From contig CP000069.1 in the NCBI GenBank assembly GCA_000002445.1, positions 1,408,001 through 1,472,000 on the forward strand: a stretch of 64,000 nucleotides of DNA, in the 5' to 3' direction. Below the pieces are notes generated by a model, which was not told where the DNA came from, made no database searches, and was given only the letters and a program-made list of their open reading frames with translations. The translations under genes were made by a program, and so were the position numbers. Shown here one piece after another: positions 47,529 through 60,372 of this stretch. Within the stretch, counting starts at the first letter, position 1. Every line of letters begins with the position of its first letter. The stretch is from Trypanosoma brucei. Lineage: Eukaryota.

Positions 47529-48947
47529 TTAAAAAAGCAAAAATGCAAGTGTAAGAAGGGAAGTTTTAATAAGAAAAGAATTGCTTCCTGTGGTGTTTGT
47601 GGTTTTGCTATCTCCTCCATCTTTCTGCTCTGTCTTTTCTTCTAACTTTTTGGCCTCCTCTTTATTCAATTTGCACTTTGCATCCTTTCCTGTTCCCTCC
47701 ACTTTGCATGGTGGTTTACATTCATCTCCTGTTCCTTTCTTTTCGCAAGTTGTGTCTGTTTCTGTGATCTCAACAACTCCTGGAGTTGTTTGAGGCAGTG
47801 GTAAGGTCGTTCCCTCCGTGGCTAGCTTTGCTGCTTCGTACGCATTTCTTGCTGTCAGGGCTAGGTTTTTTAGCTGTTGTCGATAGTGACGAAGAGCTGC
47901 AGAAGCTGTTTGGCCAGCTTTTAGCTTTTCGATCGCATCCCTCATTTTGTTTTCCCAGGTTATTCCCGTCCCGGGTGTCTTTAACTGTGCGACGTAGTTT
48001 ACACAGTTTTGTTCGCTGGCGCCGTCGCATTGGCTGGCGCTGTACTTTCCAAGGACATATCTTATTTCGTCACCGGTTTCCCCGTTGGGATTCCGGCCCA
48101 GCATGCTGTGGAATATTGCTAGTCTGGCCTCGATTAGTTCCCCGGTTAGGGCTGGTGGTTTTGCCGGGGATTTGCAAAGGCTGATGACATGGGTTATCGC
48201 CTGCTGACCGGTATTACCGGCGCCGTCTACTTGTGGCGCGGTGGCGCTGCCGCACTCAGTGGTGGTGGCGGCCGCTTTGTTTGTGCAGAGGCAAATCATG
48301 TCGTCTAGTAAATTTTTTCCTGCCGCGCTATTACCGTTGCTGGTCGGGCCGCAGCTGTTTCTGCTGCCGCCGAAGTCGCCTTCTGTGTACTTGCTGTCTT
48401 TGTCGCCGTATATGGCCGTGAGTATATCTTCTATCGCTTTTGCGTGGCTTTCTGTCGCTGTCTTCTGGGCAGCGTCGTATTTTTCTTGTATTGCGTCCGT
48501 TTGTTTTATCAGTTGTGTTATTATCGCTTGCGCTGAGGCTTTTTGGGCTTTGTTTGTGAGTTTGGCGTATATTTGTTTGTTTTCATCTCCATGTTTTGAG
48601 TTTATTATCTCTGTTATGTGCTGTTGCCACGCTTTTAGTTTTGCCGCATCGTTCCCTTGCATCAGATCCTTGTATTTTCCATTCGCATCTTTTAGGAAGT
48701 CGTCATCTGCTACTGATACATTGAGGTTGTAGATTGGCGTTCTTAGCTCCGAGAAAGTCGCAGATGTTTCTTCGGTTGCTGGCGGGTCGGCCGCGTCTTT
48801 TAATGTGAACAAGTTGCATAGAGCGCCGAATTCAACTGCGTGCTGGTTCTTTGCAGCATTTGCATTCCTTAATAGTATACACAGAGCAAGAAATCTAATA
48901 ATTAACATATTCATACCTCTTTCTTTATTTACTGCTATTCGTGGCAC
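47529..48947 (-). CDS. VSG: VSG, apparently intact (472 aa as annotated; the likely true start is the internal Met giving signal peptide MNMLIIRFLALCILL)
   Basis: Single ORF. N-terminal domain with DDMICLCT motif. C-terminal domain TCEKKGTGDECKPPCKVEGTGKDAKCKLNKEE. GPI signal ..GSNSFLIKTSLLTLAFLLF. Confidence 0.85.
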   Translation of the reverse strand: MPRIAVNKERGMNMLIIRFLALCILLRNANAAKNQHAVEFGALCNLFTLKDAADPPATEETSATFSELRTPIYNLNVSVADDDFLKDANGKYKDLMQGNDAAKLKAWQQHITEIINSKHGDENKQIYAKLTNKAQKASAQAIITQLIKQTDAIQEKYDAAQKTATESHAKAIEDILTAIYGDKDSKYTEGDFGGSRNSCGPTSNGNSAAGKNLLDDMICLCTNKAAATTTECGSATAPQVDGAGNTGQQAITHVISLCKSPAKPPALTGELIEARLAIFHSMLGRNPNGETGDEIRYVLGKYSASQCDGASEQNCVNYVAQLKTPGTGITWENKMRDAIEKLKAGQTASAALRHYRQQLKNLALTARNAYEAAKLATEGTTLPLPQTTPGVVEITETDTTCEKKGTGDECKPPCKVEGTGKDAKCKLNKEEAKKLEEKTEQKDGGDSKTTNTTGSNSFLIKTSLLTLAFLLF

Positions 48948-50714
48948 TACTTTTGTGTCACTTCAGCTTTGGTTAGGTGGCTGTCTGTGTAGGGTCACAG
49001 CTGGATACGTCGCTCAGGTTTTGTGGCGTTGGTTAAAAAAAGGCAGTAACAGATTTTTTGGCCAAGTGATATTACAAATTTTTTCCGCGCCTACACGAGA
49101 TTATCACATCTTTATTTTGTTCTGCCGCTTCTTACAATTCATTCGCCTAAAACAAATTCTTATCTCTTACCGTATAGACACAAATTCTATCATATTATAT
49201 TCAACATCTTCTCACATTCCGCATAAGTTGCAATTTTCTCCAAATATTCGGAAAAAACTGCCTTCCTTCAATCATTTATACCAAATAAGATTTTTCACAA
49301 TCAACTTCGCTTCCTTTTTACATGAAATAGGCTACCCTGGAAACGAATTAATAAAGCGTTTCCAATCACCACACTATTGGGAAGAGTAAAAAATCTCTCT
49401 TCATAATCGAATCCAGTCATTCCACCTCCTCAAAACAGATCTCTGCCCAACATTTTCTTCTTCGATTGCACTCCAAATGAGAAAATGTTTGTAAATGCTT
49501 TGCTCTGCCAACTATTCCTCACTTCCTCTCAGCAATTCTCCCAATGCATATTCAAATTTCTTAACTGCCATACTTTTGCTATTAAACAACCACCATTAAG
49601 GTAATATTTTACACTAGGAGGTGATTTCAGTAAATGAGGTAATTTTCTATCTTTCTTTTCTTTTCTGTAGCCAACATTAAAAAGCCAATAACATCTCTGC
49701 ATATGCTTCTTGTGATCTGAGTTCATAAGCAAATCCAACTGAGAAGCATAACATTCTGATGTTGTTATGAATAAAATAGGGGAAATATGCTTCTCTTTTA
49801 CTATATCTTCTCCACTAAATTTATCTTCATTATCAGCAGTATTTTGTGTAAAATATTTACTGCACTCTCATACTTCTCTTTCCATCAGAAACAATAACAT
49901 CAGACCCATCCAAATGAATTACAATATCCTCATCACTTGCATTATGTCTCTCTAAAATTTTCATAGCCCATCTAGGCCTTTTGACGTGACTATACAAACC
50001 TTCCATTGCAATTGTAATATTTTCAACATGACTTGATTTGGCGCTCAATATAAATCAGCCTACACTGTTCTTGAGTTGTATGAGTTTGTACAACAGCCAG
50101 AAGCACTTTGGGCTTCTTATGATCGTTATGTATTATATATTTTTCTTATTTTTTGCTATTGTATCTTGTGTGAGTGATATTTAACTTAAACAGGTCAAGT
50201 ATAATGGCAACAGTAATAGTCATGCTATAAAGGTAACAAATTTTATTTTTTAATCCACTTTTCAGAATAAATAGGGTTATTAGAAAAAATTGAAAATCTC
50301 GAGAATATGGGAAATTCTATCACAAGGTATATTTTAATTTTCGAAATTTTTACAAGTTTAATTACAAAATATACAGCTCTTTATCTAAATTTAAAACATC
50401 AATATTATGAGTTTCAGTGGTTTTTATTGCTGTTGGTGACGTATAAGCTCCAGCGGTATGTCTACTGCACTTCATCTTACCATCATTTTACTTCTAACAT
50501 ATTTCTGTGCATAATGCCTATCATCATAACTGTGTTTGAATGTGAGCATGCTCAAATTACATTCTTCTACCTTTCTTTGTACTTTTCTTTTAATAATATT
50601 CTTCTTGTCCTTTCTCATTAATCTCATATTCACACTGAAACCTCCCCATCTTTTTTATTGCTTCTGTATCTTCCATTCATTTAGTAACCACCACCGCCGT
50701 CAAAAATACTTGTA

Positions 50715-50830
50715 CATTTACACTCACAGCTCCTTCCTATCATTCTTATTTTTTTTCCACATTTTTTAAATTAAAACCCCAACTAATATCCATAAGATAA
50801 ACATAATAAAAAATAGACCGAATGATAATA
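50715..50830 (-). repeat. Degenerate single 70-bp repeat plus conserved post-repeat module, upstream of VSG 47529-48947
   Basis: acactcacagctccttcctatcattcttatt. Then ..aatatccataagataaacataataaaaaatagaccgaatgataatagcacgcatttttcataccc, homologous to 54300-54420 and 63240-63340. Confidence 0.55.
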
Positions 50831-51053
50831 GCACGCATTTTTCATACCCTATCACTCTACTACTTTACACTCACAGACAATAATCATACACAGTTTACTA
50901 TAATTTCATCTCTTTTAGATTTTATAAAGTTTAGCAAATTCTCAAAAAAATTTTCATACTTTTCATGTGGCTGAGCAAAAATCATCATAATTTTAAAATG
51001 CTAAAGTTCTACCAAACTCATAAAGACAGCAGAAGTCAGAGCATATTTCTTAT

Positions 51054-52746
51054 TTATAATAAAACTGAAAGAGCGGAATTAACTTCCTCTTTATCACTCT
51101 CACTGTCACCTCCCTTTTTCCAGCCACAATGCTTTTTGCCATTCTTGTTTGCATCCTCACAAGCTTGTTGGGTTAAAAGTTTGCTGCAGTCAGGTTTTCC
51201 ATCTTTTCCTTCTGTTTCTTGGTTTGCTTTTTTCGCTTCTTTTTTGGCTTCCTTGCTCAATGTGCACTTTTCACCATCTTTGCCGTCTTTGTTAAAAACG
51301 CATTCCTTATCCTTAAGTTCCTTACATTTGTCTTTGTCATTTCCTGCTGCATTGCATACTTTCTCCTTGTCTTCTGTTGGTTGTTGTTGCTTTGGCTTTT
51401 GTGCCTCTTCTAGTTGCTTTTTCAAGGACTGCATATTCTTAAGGAGCTCTACATCATAGTAGTATTGTAGTTTCTCCAGTTGCTCTATGTCCTCTATTTC
51501 CCCTAACATCTTGTCCGCATGTAATCCTGCCGTTTTGGCGGGTATTTTTTCGCGGCTTATAGCATCTTCTGTTTCTCTTATTTTCTCTGGCGTGTCATCT
51601 TCAAAAATCTTTTTTATCTCGGCGCTGATTTTGGTCGGGTCGGCTATACTTCCGTCATCTAAATTGATTGCCAATAAACATTTCAGCTCGCCTCGTTCAG
51701 ACGGCTTGCCTGTTTGGTTAATGAAGCCGGTATTGCTGGCGCTTTTTAGATTCGTGATTTGTTCATGTGCATCCTTCCACGGTTTTGTTTTGTCGTCCCC
51801 CGTGTGTGTTAGGTCAGTTTTGCCAGTAAAGCTGCTTATACCAGCGTTAGTCGCTAGCTTCAGATAGTCGGCCATTGCAGTTGGGGTCCCATCCGGGCTA
51901 GTTTGTGCCCATCCGTTTGTGTTGTGGTATAGGAGGATGTTGCAGTGTCCTGTTGCTGCTGCTGGCGCGATGTTGTTGCCGCTGTTTGCGCCGTGTAGTA
52001 GGGTTTCGTAGCCGTTGCGTGTCACTAGTTTTGCGCTGTAAGGCGCCGCTGTCGGATCGGGGGCCGCGAGTCTGCAGAGTTTGTCGCCTAAGTTGTCTTG
52101 CTGCCGGGCAGCTGCAGTGTCTGCGTTTTTTCCTTGCAGCAGGCAGATGTTGTTCGTTCCGTTGACACTGTCAAGTAGTGCCATGAAATCGTCGATGCGT
52201 CCTTTCAGATAACTAGTGCTAGAAATTTCCGCCACGTGGCTTCCAACTATGGTAGATTCATATCGATTTAAGGATCCTGCCGCCTGTGTGGCGTAGTAAG
52301 CTTTTAACGTTATGGCTTTCCTAGCCAACGAGTTGTATTGGTTTTTTGCGGCATAAATGCTTGCCCGTGCATTCGCTTTCTATAGTGTTTGGATGTGGTT
52401 TAGCATTTGTTTGGTCTCGTGATGGACGCCGCCTGTTACCTGACCTAATTCTGTTAGTACTGCGCATATTGGTTCCCATGCTGTGTTTGATAGTCAACCG
52501 TGCCCCGCATCTTCCGATTGTTTGCTTGTGTGTGTTAAAAAACAGAGGAATACGCACACCAATGCATCGCGTCTTGTCTTTCCTTGCGAAATCTTGATCA
52601 TTTGCAACGTAGCTACGTCGTTTTGTTGCCGCTTCTGGTTGTCCTAAGAGGTCTGTAATGTCCAGGATTGTCGGTTGGTGCCTAAGTCTGTGTAGAAGTG
52701 TAGTTGTGGATGAGTTTGTAGTTATTTTGTAAATATAGTAAGGCAC
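51054..52746 (-). pseudogene. VSG: VSG pseudogene (N-terminal 141 codons 52321..52746 in a different frame from the main 51054..52328 ORF; atypical C-terminus ..SALSVLL)
   Basis: Main ORF has a LLHGANSGNN..N-terminal domain and C-terminal domain CNAAGNDKDKCKELKDKECVFNKDGKDGEKCTL..DCSKLLTQQACEDANKNGKKHCGWKKG. The frames overlap at 52321-52328. No signal peptide in frame. Confidence 0.75.
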
Positions 52747-54204
52747 TGTATTTATTTTGCTTTATTTATGTATGTGTTTTGTATAAGGCACCACAAAGCA
52801 GAAAAATTCAACCAGTAGGAGACGGGCGCAGGAGCTGAATTTTTTCTTATGCCATATCCGCTCTTACAGTTACATTGAAACGTTTCAGCGCTGTTGTTAC
52901 TTTATTAGAGCTGTCTGATTTTGTCATTTTTGAGCTAAAATCATTACCTATTGTTTGTTGTGTTGTTGCGCTTGCTCCGTGTGATCAGGTTATTTATTGA
53001 CAACATCCGCGTCGGGATTATAACCGAACTCCTCTATAGATATTTTATTCCATGTTTTTGTTTCTTTATGGAACGTAGAGGGGAAGAAAAGGGATAAAGA
53101 TGTTGGGTTCTTATTGCTTTTTTGTGATTCCAAAAAAAAAAGCGCACAGTTAAACTGAAAAATATTACTCTTAAACGCAACAAACATCGATAAATATCTG
53201 CATATAAAAAACTTTAAATTTATGGCTTTCACTATTTTTTAGGGTATGCTAATGCACAATATTGGCCTCGGTTAGAAATACCCTCGCAGGGTTGTTTTTT
53301 GTCACAGATATGGTTTTTTCTTTTCATTTGCATTCGGGCCGCTTTTAGACTATTTGTATCATTTAGGGCCTAGTAAACTTTTCCCTGTCCCCATCGTCGT
53401 CGACCATATGAGTTTTCTCATACCAGCAATTAATCAAGGATAGTTTTTGATTTTAACATCAAGGAGCTGTCGTGTCAACGAAGTTAATGTGTCGCCGTGA
53501 CGTTTGTAAGGGATTTGAAATGTGACTCATGTGATCTCTTCTGATTCATAGAAATCTGACGCTGGTTCATATACGCAGTATTTTAATAAGTATCGTAGTT
53601 TAAATCCTCCTTTTTTGTACACGGTAATCTATTAGTATTCATCATTTTAAAATTCTTCTTCGAATAATCTCATATTTCTGCACAAATTTTGACAATTATT
53701 ACTGTGTTTGATGAGAATACGACTCAACATTACCTTACACTTACCGAATCCCCTTTTGCTCCTGCTGTTTCCTATTTGGCCGGTTCTTCTTCATAGGTAG
53801 ACGTTAGAATATGCTAATAGATTTTAAACTTGAGTCACATTCATCTCCGCGATAGTATCGACAAGCCTTTGTGTGAAATACAGATACTCATCTCTTCCTT
53901 TATTATTTTTCCCTTCGCCGAGCTGTTACACATTCTGCTTTTTCATTCTGCATTTTCTGTTTATTTCTACTATCATTGCTTATTTTTATGACTGAAAATC
54001 CCATATGTCCTGTACGCTGGACTTTGCCTTTTCCTCATTGTCCCCTCCATCATTTCCTTGTGTATGGTCACGGACCTTGTCATATTTGCGGATGAAACTG
54101 CGTATATTCTCTTCCCCTCTTTACCTCACTTACCCCCACTGCACTCCTGTCACTCTATTATGTGTAACTATTTTTTTCAGTCATTCACTCAGCAATACTA
54201 CTTT

Positions 54205-54243
54205 TCTTACAATATTCTTATACACAGACTCACAACACTCTCC

Positions 54244-54295
<52 letters not shown>

Positions 54296-54298
54296 ACC
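54205..54298 (-). repeat. 70-bp repeat with long (TTA)19 tract (54245-54296), upstream of VSG 51054-52746
   Basis: ..tatacacagactcacaacactctcctat(tat)n. This explains the spurious poly-Tyr ORF 54058..54306. Confidence 0.85.
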
Positions 54299-54546
54299 TT
54301 ACCTAATATCAATAAAATAAACAAAAAAATAAATAAAGAAAATTACAATAGCATCCATTTTTCGTACCATAGAACCACAGTAATATGCAACAATATGTCG
54401 GTTTTATACCACAATTATATATTTAGATTTTTAAAAGGTTTTACAAAGTTTTTAAATATATCAAGTGTCAAAAATGTTAGAAATTACCTAAAAACATTAA
54501 GTTTTTTAAATTTTATTAAATGAAGAAAAATATTATAAAAAATTAA

Positions 54547-55969
54547 TTATGAAAAAAATCCAGGAAAAAGAGGAGCCTTGGTTACAACCGAATTGTTTCC
54601 GGTGGTTTTTGTGGCTGTCACACTTTCTTTTGCTCCATCTGCTTGTTTTGACTTGTAAGTTTTATCCACTACGCACTTTGCCTTCTCACCTGTTCCCTCC
54701 CACTTACAACCATCTTTGCAGTTATCTTCTTTCCCTTTCTTTTCGCAAGTTTCGGTTGTATCAGTGAATTTTGATGCCCCTTCCTCGCCTTTCTCACAGC
54801 CACCACTGCTAGTAGCTGCTTTTAAGGCTATGAGCAGCTGTCGGTTTGTTATGTGTTGTACTAGTAGGCTTTTTTCGATGTCAGCGGCTGCACTTTTGAC
54901 GTCTATATTTGTTAGCTTGGCTGATGTTTCCTCTACTTTTTGTGCTTTAGTTTGTGTTAGTTTTTCCCTCAGCTTGTTGACGATGGGCGTTTTGTTGTCG
55001 GCTGCTGCTTTGAAGGTGTCTGTTGCGCCGCTGTCGCCAGTAGTTATCTTTGTGCCACTGCGTGCTTGTATTGCTTCCTTGAGTACGTCTGCGCTGTTCG
55101 CAGGGTCAGGGGCGTAATTTATGACGTCACCTGTCGTCTGGCCGCATTTGGATTCTGGTATGTTGACTACTTTTCCGTATTTTACGTACAGTTTTTCGAT
55201 GTTTGTCTGCGGCGTTGTTTTTTCCCAGTTCGTCCCAAGGTTGTTAAGTGCTTTTTTGTTATTGCAGCGTTCCCGGCTGCCGTGTGTGCCGTAAGCGTTA
55301 GCATGCCGTAGAAAGCATCGTGCGCTGCAGTGGCCGAAGTTTGGAACAGCTTTGATGCGTCGTTGTTGCCTGCCGCCAGCAAGCTGCATTTGGTTTCCGA
55401 TGGCCCGTGCTGCGTGCCACCATCTCCGGCTGTTAATTTTAGTAGTCCTGTGGGCGACAGGTTCGGCGAGTCTGAGTGGTCCGACGGTGTGATGCCCGAC
55501 AGAGCCATGGGTGGGCAGCCGTAGCGAGCGGCCGCATTCCCTTGCGCGCCTGCCGAGCTTTCGGCGATGCATCGGCCATCTCCGCTGCCGCCGTCCGTTT
55601 TAATTAGGAGATCCACTAGCTCTCCGACCGCGCCCGATGCCCTGCCTGCATTGCTGCTCGCGAGGAGAGCCGCGCTAAGGCTTCCGTCAAGGTCGCTAAG
55701 CGCTTGACGTCGGCACTCTGACGCTTTAGTCGCTGCCGTCGCAAATACAGTGCTGAGGTTGACGTCTTCTGTTGCTGCCGCTGCTGAAGCCCCTGCTGTC
55801 AGAGCCTGCTGTTTCTACAGAGCAACGCCACCTACCTTGTCCAGTGCTGCAACAGCACCGCATACGTCTGTTATTGTCTCTGCTGCGAACGGTTTCGCTG
55901 AGCCTTCGCTGTTTGTTGATAAGTGCAAAATTGCTAGAACAATTGCTAACAAGTTTCGCCAGTACATGT
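54547..55969 (-). pseudogene. VSG: VSG pseudogene (signal peptide MYWRNLLAIVLAILHL at about 55969-55920 in one frame; ORFs 55182..55616 and 54547..55572 in others; degenerate GPI tail ..APLFPGFFS)
   Basis: C-terminal domain TCEKKGKEDNCKDGCKWEGTGEKAKCVVDK. At least 2 frameshifts. No 70-bp repeat between it and the upstream VSG at 56290. Confidence 0.75.
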
Positions 55970-56289
55970 TTGTCCTTACGCTTTTGTTTCTGCTTCCGAT
56001 CGAATAACAGCTGGTGTGGCCGTTTGGTATCTCACGCCCGTGCGGTCCACCTACGCTGGCGATGTTTTGATACCTGGTGGTATCACTATTGCCTCAATAA
56101 TAGGGTTTAGAGACCGGTTTCTGTTTGTTTTGTGTGACTAGAACTGTGTAAAGGTGCTCTTAGCGTTTTCTGTAAAAAGCAGATGGGCGGTTACCTTTGT
56201 TCGATTATACTGTGGTGCTAAGCCGCTTGTTGTTTTACCACCGCCTGAATACTGCTAGACGTCTAAGGCGCAGGGTTTGAGTTATTCCT

Positions 56290-57949
56290 CATAGGTTCTC
56301 AAAATGCTACCCAAATCACAAAAGCAGAATCCGTACTCAGAACTAACTTCTTATTGATGAGAAAATTACCATTTTGATATTTAACTTTGTCTTTCCCCTC
56401 TTAGCTATCTTTGCCCTTTCTCCATGCAAATTTTGTTTATCGCCTGTTTTGTCATTTTCACAAGCCTCCTTATTGGCTCCATTCCTTGCACATCCAGTTG
56501 CTCCTTCTCCTCCTGAAGCCCCATATTCTGTTCCTGCTTCATTTTTCTGAGTTGTAACATTACTTTCATCTACTTTAAAGGTGCCAGGTTTTTCATCAGT
56601 ACCTTCTCATTTGCACTTTTCTGCGTTTTCGCATGCGGTTTTATTGTTTTTGTGCTGTTCGCATTCTTTTTTTCTGCGTTAGAAATTTCCACGTGTTTTC
56701 TTCGTGCTTCTAGAGTGGCATGACGACAGCTGTAAAGAGCTTCTGTGTACAGCGCTCCCATTACACCGGCAAGAGATATGAGCCGAGACTGTTGTTGTTG
56801 TTTCTTTGCTGCTAACGCTCGTCTGTTGATCAGAAAGCTGCGTACCGATAACAGCTTCTCCACCCATTTAATCGCTTCCAGTGGGTTGGACCTGCTTCCA
56901 GCTCCGGCTAATACCGCGGCGTAACTAATGCACACATCCGCCGTGCTATGGTCACCACTACACTGCTAGCTGCTGTCTTTTCCTTTGCCGTAGCGGTATG
57001 TGAAGCCGTCGTTGGCGCTGCCTTTGTATCGGCAAAGTGTTGACCTGAAACTTTGCAGCAGGTTGTCTATGTTGGCTACTTACAGTGCCTGTTTGTTGCC
57101 TTTGAGAGCACACAGCCCTAGGATCTCTGTCAGCGCTGTTCCTGCAGTGCTTTTTCCGCTGTATTCAAGTGCTAGAGCTGTGAAAGTGTTGTCTGTTGAG
57201 TCACATATTTTTGGCCCTGTGCCTGCTGCCTGGCTGGACGCAGCTACGCTGCACAAGCACATCATATCTGACCCTAGTGTGGCGCCGGCTGCGCTTGCTG
57301 ATGATCCGCACGCCGTGGCGTAGTTTGCTTGAAATGTGTAAGTTCCGTGTGTATCTGTGTGCGCTCTTGTCACGGCAGTGTCAGCGCCGTATAGCGCTTC
57401 ATGGGCTTCCTTTGTGATTGTGGTTTGCTGGGCTGTTATTGTTTGCTGTGCCGTTGCGGTCGCGGCATGAAGATTTGTGGCAATGGTGTAAAGCCTGTCA
57501 AGCTTGTGTGCTGTTTCTTCTGGGAAATCTGTGCGATGTTTGCACGTATACTTGTCAACGTGCTGGCCCCTGGGGCCAGCCACTTTGAGGTTTGTGAGCT
57601 CTTTGCGCGTTGTTCTTGCCAAGTTTGGGTCGTATTCCATGATTTTACCTTTGCCGGTGGGTTGGTCTTTTTCACCTACGACAGGACCCTCGTCGTAAAA
57701 TGTTTCATTGCTTGTCGCGATGTAAATCGCGTGGATTTCCTTCCATGCCGTCAAATAGTCCTGTTCGAGGTCGGTTGCTGTTGCATCCTCTAACTTGGCA
57801 CCTTTTAGCATGTTGGCTATCGCGAAGAATATGTTAAGTTCGACTGCATTCTCGTCGTTGTTTGTTGGCATCGCGAGCTGCGATACCTCTATCGCTAGGC
57901 AAAAATACCTAATGGAGATCATTCCGGTTACACCTTGCAGCAATCCCAA
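56290..57949 (-). pseudogene. VSG: VSG pseudogene (type-B-like N-terminal domain 57080..57949 with MMCLCS motif; C-terminal domain 56290-56950 in other frames)
   Basis: N-terminal-domain ORF ..ATACGSSASAAGATLGSDMMCLCSVAAS.. Downstream cysteine-rich C-terminal segment. Conserved 3' end tcaaaatgctacccaaatcacaaaagc. Confidence 0.7.
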
Positions 57950-58030
57950 AAATGGAAAACAATTATGATGAGAGGCTTTATAAAAAGACTTCCAGGAATG
58001 CAGAATGAGTTATGCCATGTTTCAAATAGC

Positions 58031-59130
58031 TTAGCAGTTGAAGAGAGCCCAATGATCATTCAGAAAAGTCAAACCGTTAACAACTACAGCGTGGCTAGTC
58101 ACCCCCTTGGTTTCCATCAGAGTTGCATAATCCTCCTCACGTAAATGATGAACTACTATTATCTGTTCTGTCGTTCGCTCGCCTGCTGTGTCTTTTGCAT
58201 GCATTATATACCGACAATCCTGCATATCCACTGTCAGTAATCCTTCAAATTTCAAGTTGTTCCTTATGACTTCCCCAACCATAATATCTTCATTAAGTGC
58301 TCTAAAATCCATATATGTTTCGAAATTTCTAAATTTGATTGGCGATTTCACTAACTTTTTCAAAGGGTCATAATCAACAATTGCTCTAACTACATCCCTT
58401 GATGAAGTGGACGCATAACCAATAGTATGCCATGTAATTTCGTCACTAAAATCTTTATAATATCCAATCGCCCTCCCCATATTCAGTTTCTCTTGTGGAA
58501 GCACTTCTAGATATTGCAGATACAATGGTACTCTCATAAAAATATGTCATCATCTGCTATTATTATATAGGGACTATTTTTTAGAAAATACTTTAACGGC
58601 AAATTTGAACCACAAATATGTTTTTTTAATCATCGTGAGTTCTGTTTCCCAACCCCAATTACCCGCGTCTCCCACCTTTTTATTTGTTGTGGGGTTGACA
58701 TCGCAAACGGGTAAAATAATAATATCCTGGTTTAACTCTGCCTCTTCTTCAACAATACCCTCTCTGAGCACGCAGTTGTTATTTGTCTGAGGTGAAAGTG
58801 CATATACTATAAGCAACTTGCCAGTAAAATTATTTGACCTCCTTGCGACTTCAGGATAACTCCAACAAGTTTCTCTCTGTAAATTCCTCCTTCTCAATCT
58901 TTCATCGTTATCTATTGAAGGAATTCCAGCCACAACCAAATAATTTTCAGTTTTCCAAATCTTCCTTACATCCAGTGGAACAAATCTCATATATTAATCT
59001 TCAATGATTTCAAGTGGAATAGACTCACCCCCACAGAAAAGCTGTATAGCGAAACAAGTATATTAATCCCCATAACAATAAAAGATAAACAACCTATTAT
59101 TGCATAAATTCTTTCTATATACTTCATAGG
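58031..59130 (-). pseudogene. UDP-Gal/UDP-GlcNAc-dependent glycosyltransferase (GT67, beta-1,3-galactosyltransferase-like) pseudogene, at least 2 frameshifts
   Basis: Minus strand: N-terminal signal anchor MKYIERIYAIIGCLSFIVMGINILVSLY (about 59130-59000). Then ORF 58574..58990 with RRRNLQRETCWSY and ..DIIILP..TELTMIKKTYLWFKFA (Galactosyl_T-like motifs). Then ORF 58031..58537 with ..NEDIMVGEVI.. (the ED(V/I)xxG motif). Confidence 0.6.
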
Positions 59131-59971
59131 ACTTTATTGTCATACTAAGACGAGCTTATTATGAGTTAGAAAATCACATAAAACATTAAGGAAAGAAGCC
59201 AGTGGGAGCAACTAAGATGTGTAGTAAGGTAAAAAGCGTTTACAAATATAAGTAATGACTTTTTATTGATATGATTTAACTGTTTAAGGGTGTACACTAA
59301 GTAATGACAGTTTACATTCCACCATGTATAAATTTTTTTCTAGAAGCTAACTTCAGATAGTCACGGCACTGTCTTTGAATATAGAGTGCCTCTTTATACA
59401 TTTACACGGTAATTTCAGTAGATAGTTTCACTGTTTCATTCAAATATAGAAAGAAATTTAATAGTTTCTATGTTGCCTGTATCGGACACCTGGAACCTCC
59501 ATCATACTCGCATTATCGGGGTTTTTTAAACAGCTTCTACAACTTCTTTCACTATCATTTTTGTGCTACTATCTATTCCACTTGAATAAAATGTGTGGAT
59601 CGACAATCGATTAAACTATTCCACACTGTGGTTTAGTCTATCGCGTTGTTACACTCTGTATTTTTCTTCTCCATCTCCTCTGCTTTGTATGTGCAAAAAT
59701 GCAGCTTAAGCCTGACGTGTATACTGAATGCATCCACTTATATCAGCTCGTTGTGTTTTATGCTGACCATCGTGGCGTTTATGTTCTGAAATTCTTACAT
59801 TCTATTTTTATCCCTCTTTCTCTTTTTCTTTACCTTCACTTTCCTCAATAATAGTCCTTGTTTTCTCTCTCTTTGCACTCGTCATTCCTGTCACTCACTT
59901 ACTTCCACTGCACTTTTTCTAGTGATTAGAGCGGCTATGCTTCTTGTTGGCTGTCGGTGCTCAAACTTGTA

Positions 59972-60160
59972 CTACTACTACTATTTTATTATTATTACTA
60001 CTCTTATTATAATATTCGTATATATACACACTCACAACACTCTCCTATCATTATCATTATTATTATTATAATTATTACTGCTCTTATTATAATATTCGTA
60101 TATACACACACTCACAACACTCTCCTATCATTATCATTATTATTATTATAACGCTAATCA
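59972..60160 (-). repeat. 70-bp repeats (about 2.5 units)
   Basis: Two near-identical units ctcttattataatattcgtatatacacacactcacaacactctcctatcattatcattattattattata. Confidence 0.9.
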
Positions 60161-60372
60161 TATCCATTAGATACACAAAATTAAAATATCACCCATTTTT
60201 CATTTCTTACCACTCCATTATTTTTCGCACATATGCCACTATCACATATTTTTCATGTTCCATAATTTTTAGTAATTGGCACATTTTTTATTAAATGTTT
60301 CAAAATATATCAGGTTATAAGATATAGAAAATTTTATAGATTTAACAAAAAGGGCTCGATTTACAATTTTTC

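Noticed and set aside
48805-50048. ORFs 48805..49389(+), 49529..49738(-) and 49857..50048(-) in the co-transposed region upstream of VSG 47529 as a possible ESAG-like gene
   Set aside because: I could not match any motif to ESAG or known families. Low-complexity translations; retained only as unexplained.
54058-54306. ORF encoding a poly-tyrosine stretch
   Set aside because: Artefact of the (TTA)19 tract of a 70-bp repeat read in the tat frame.
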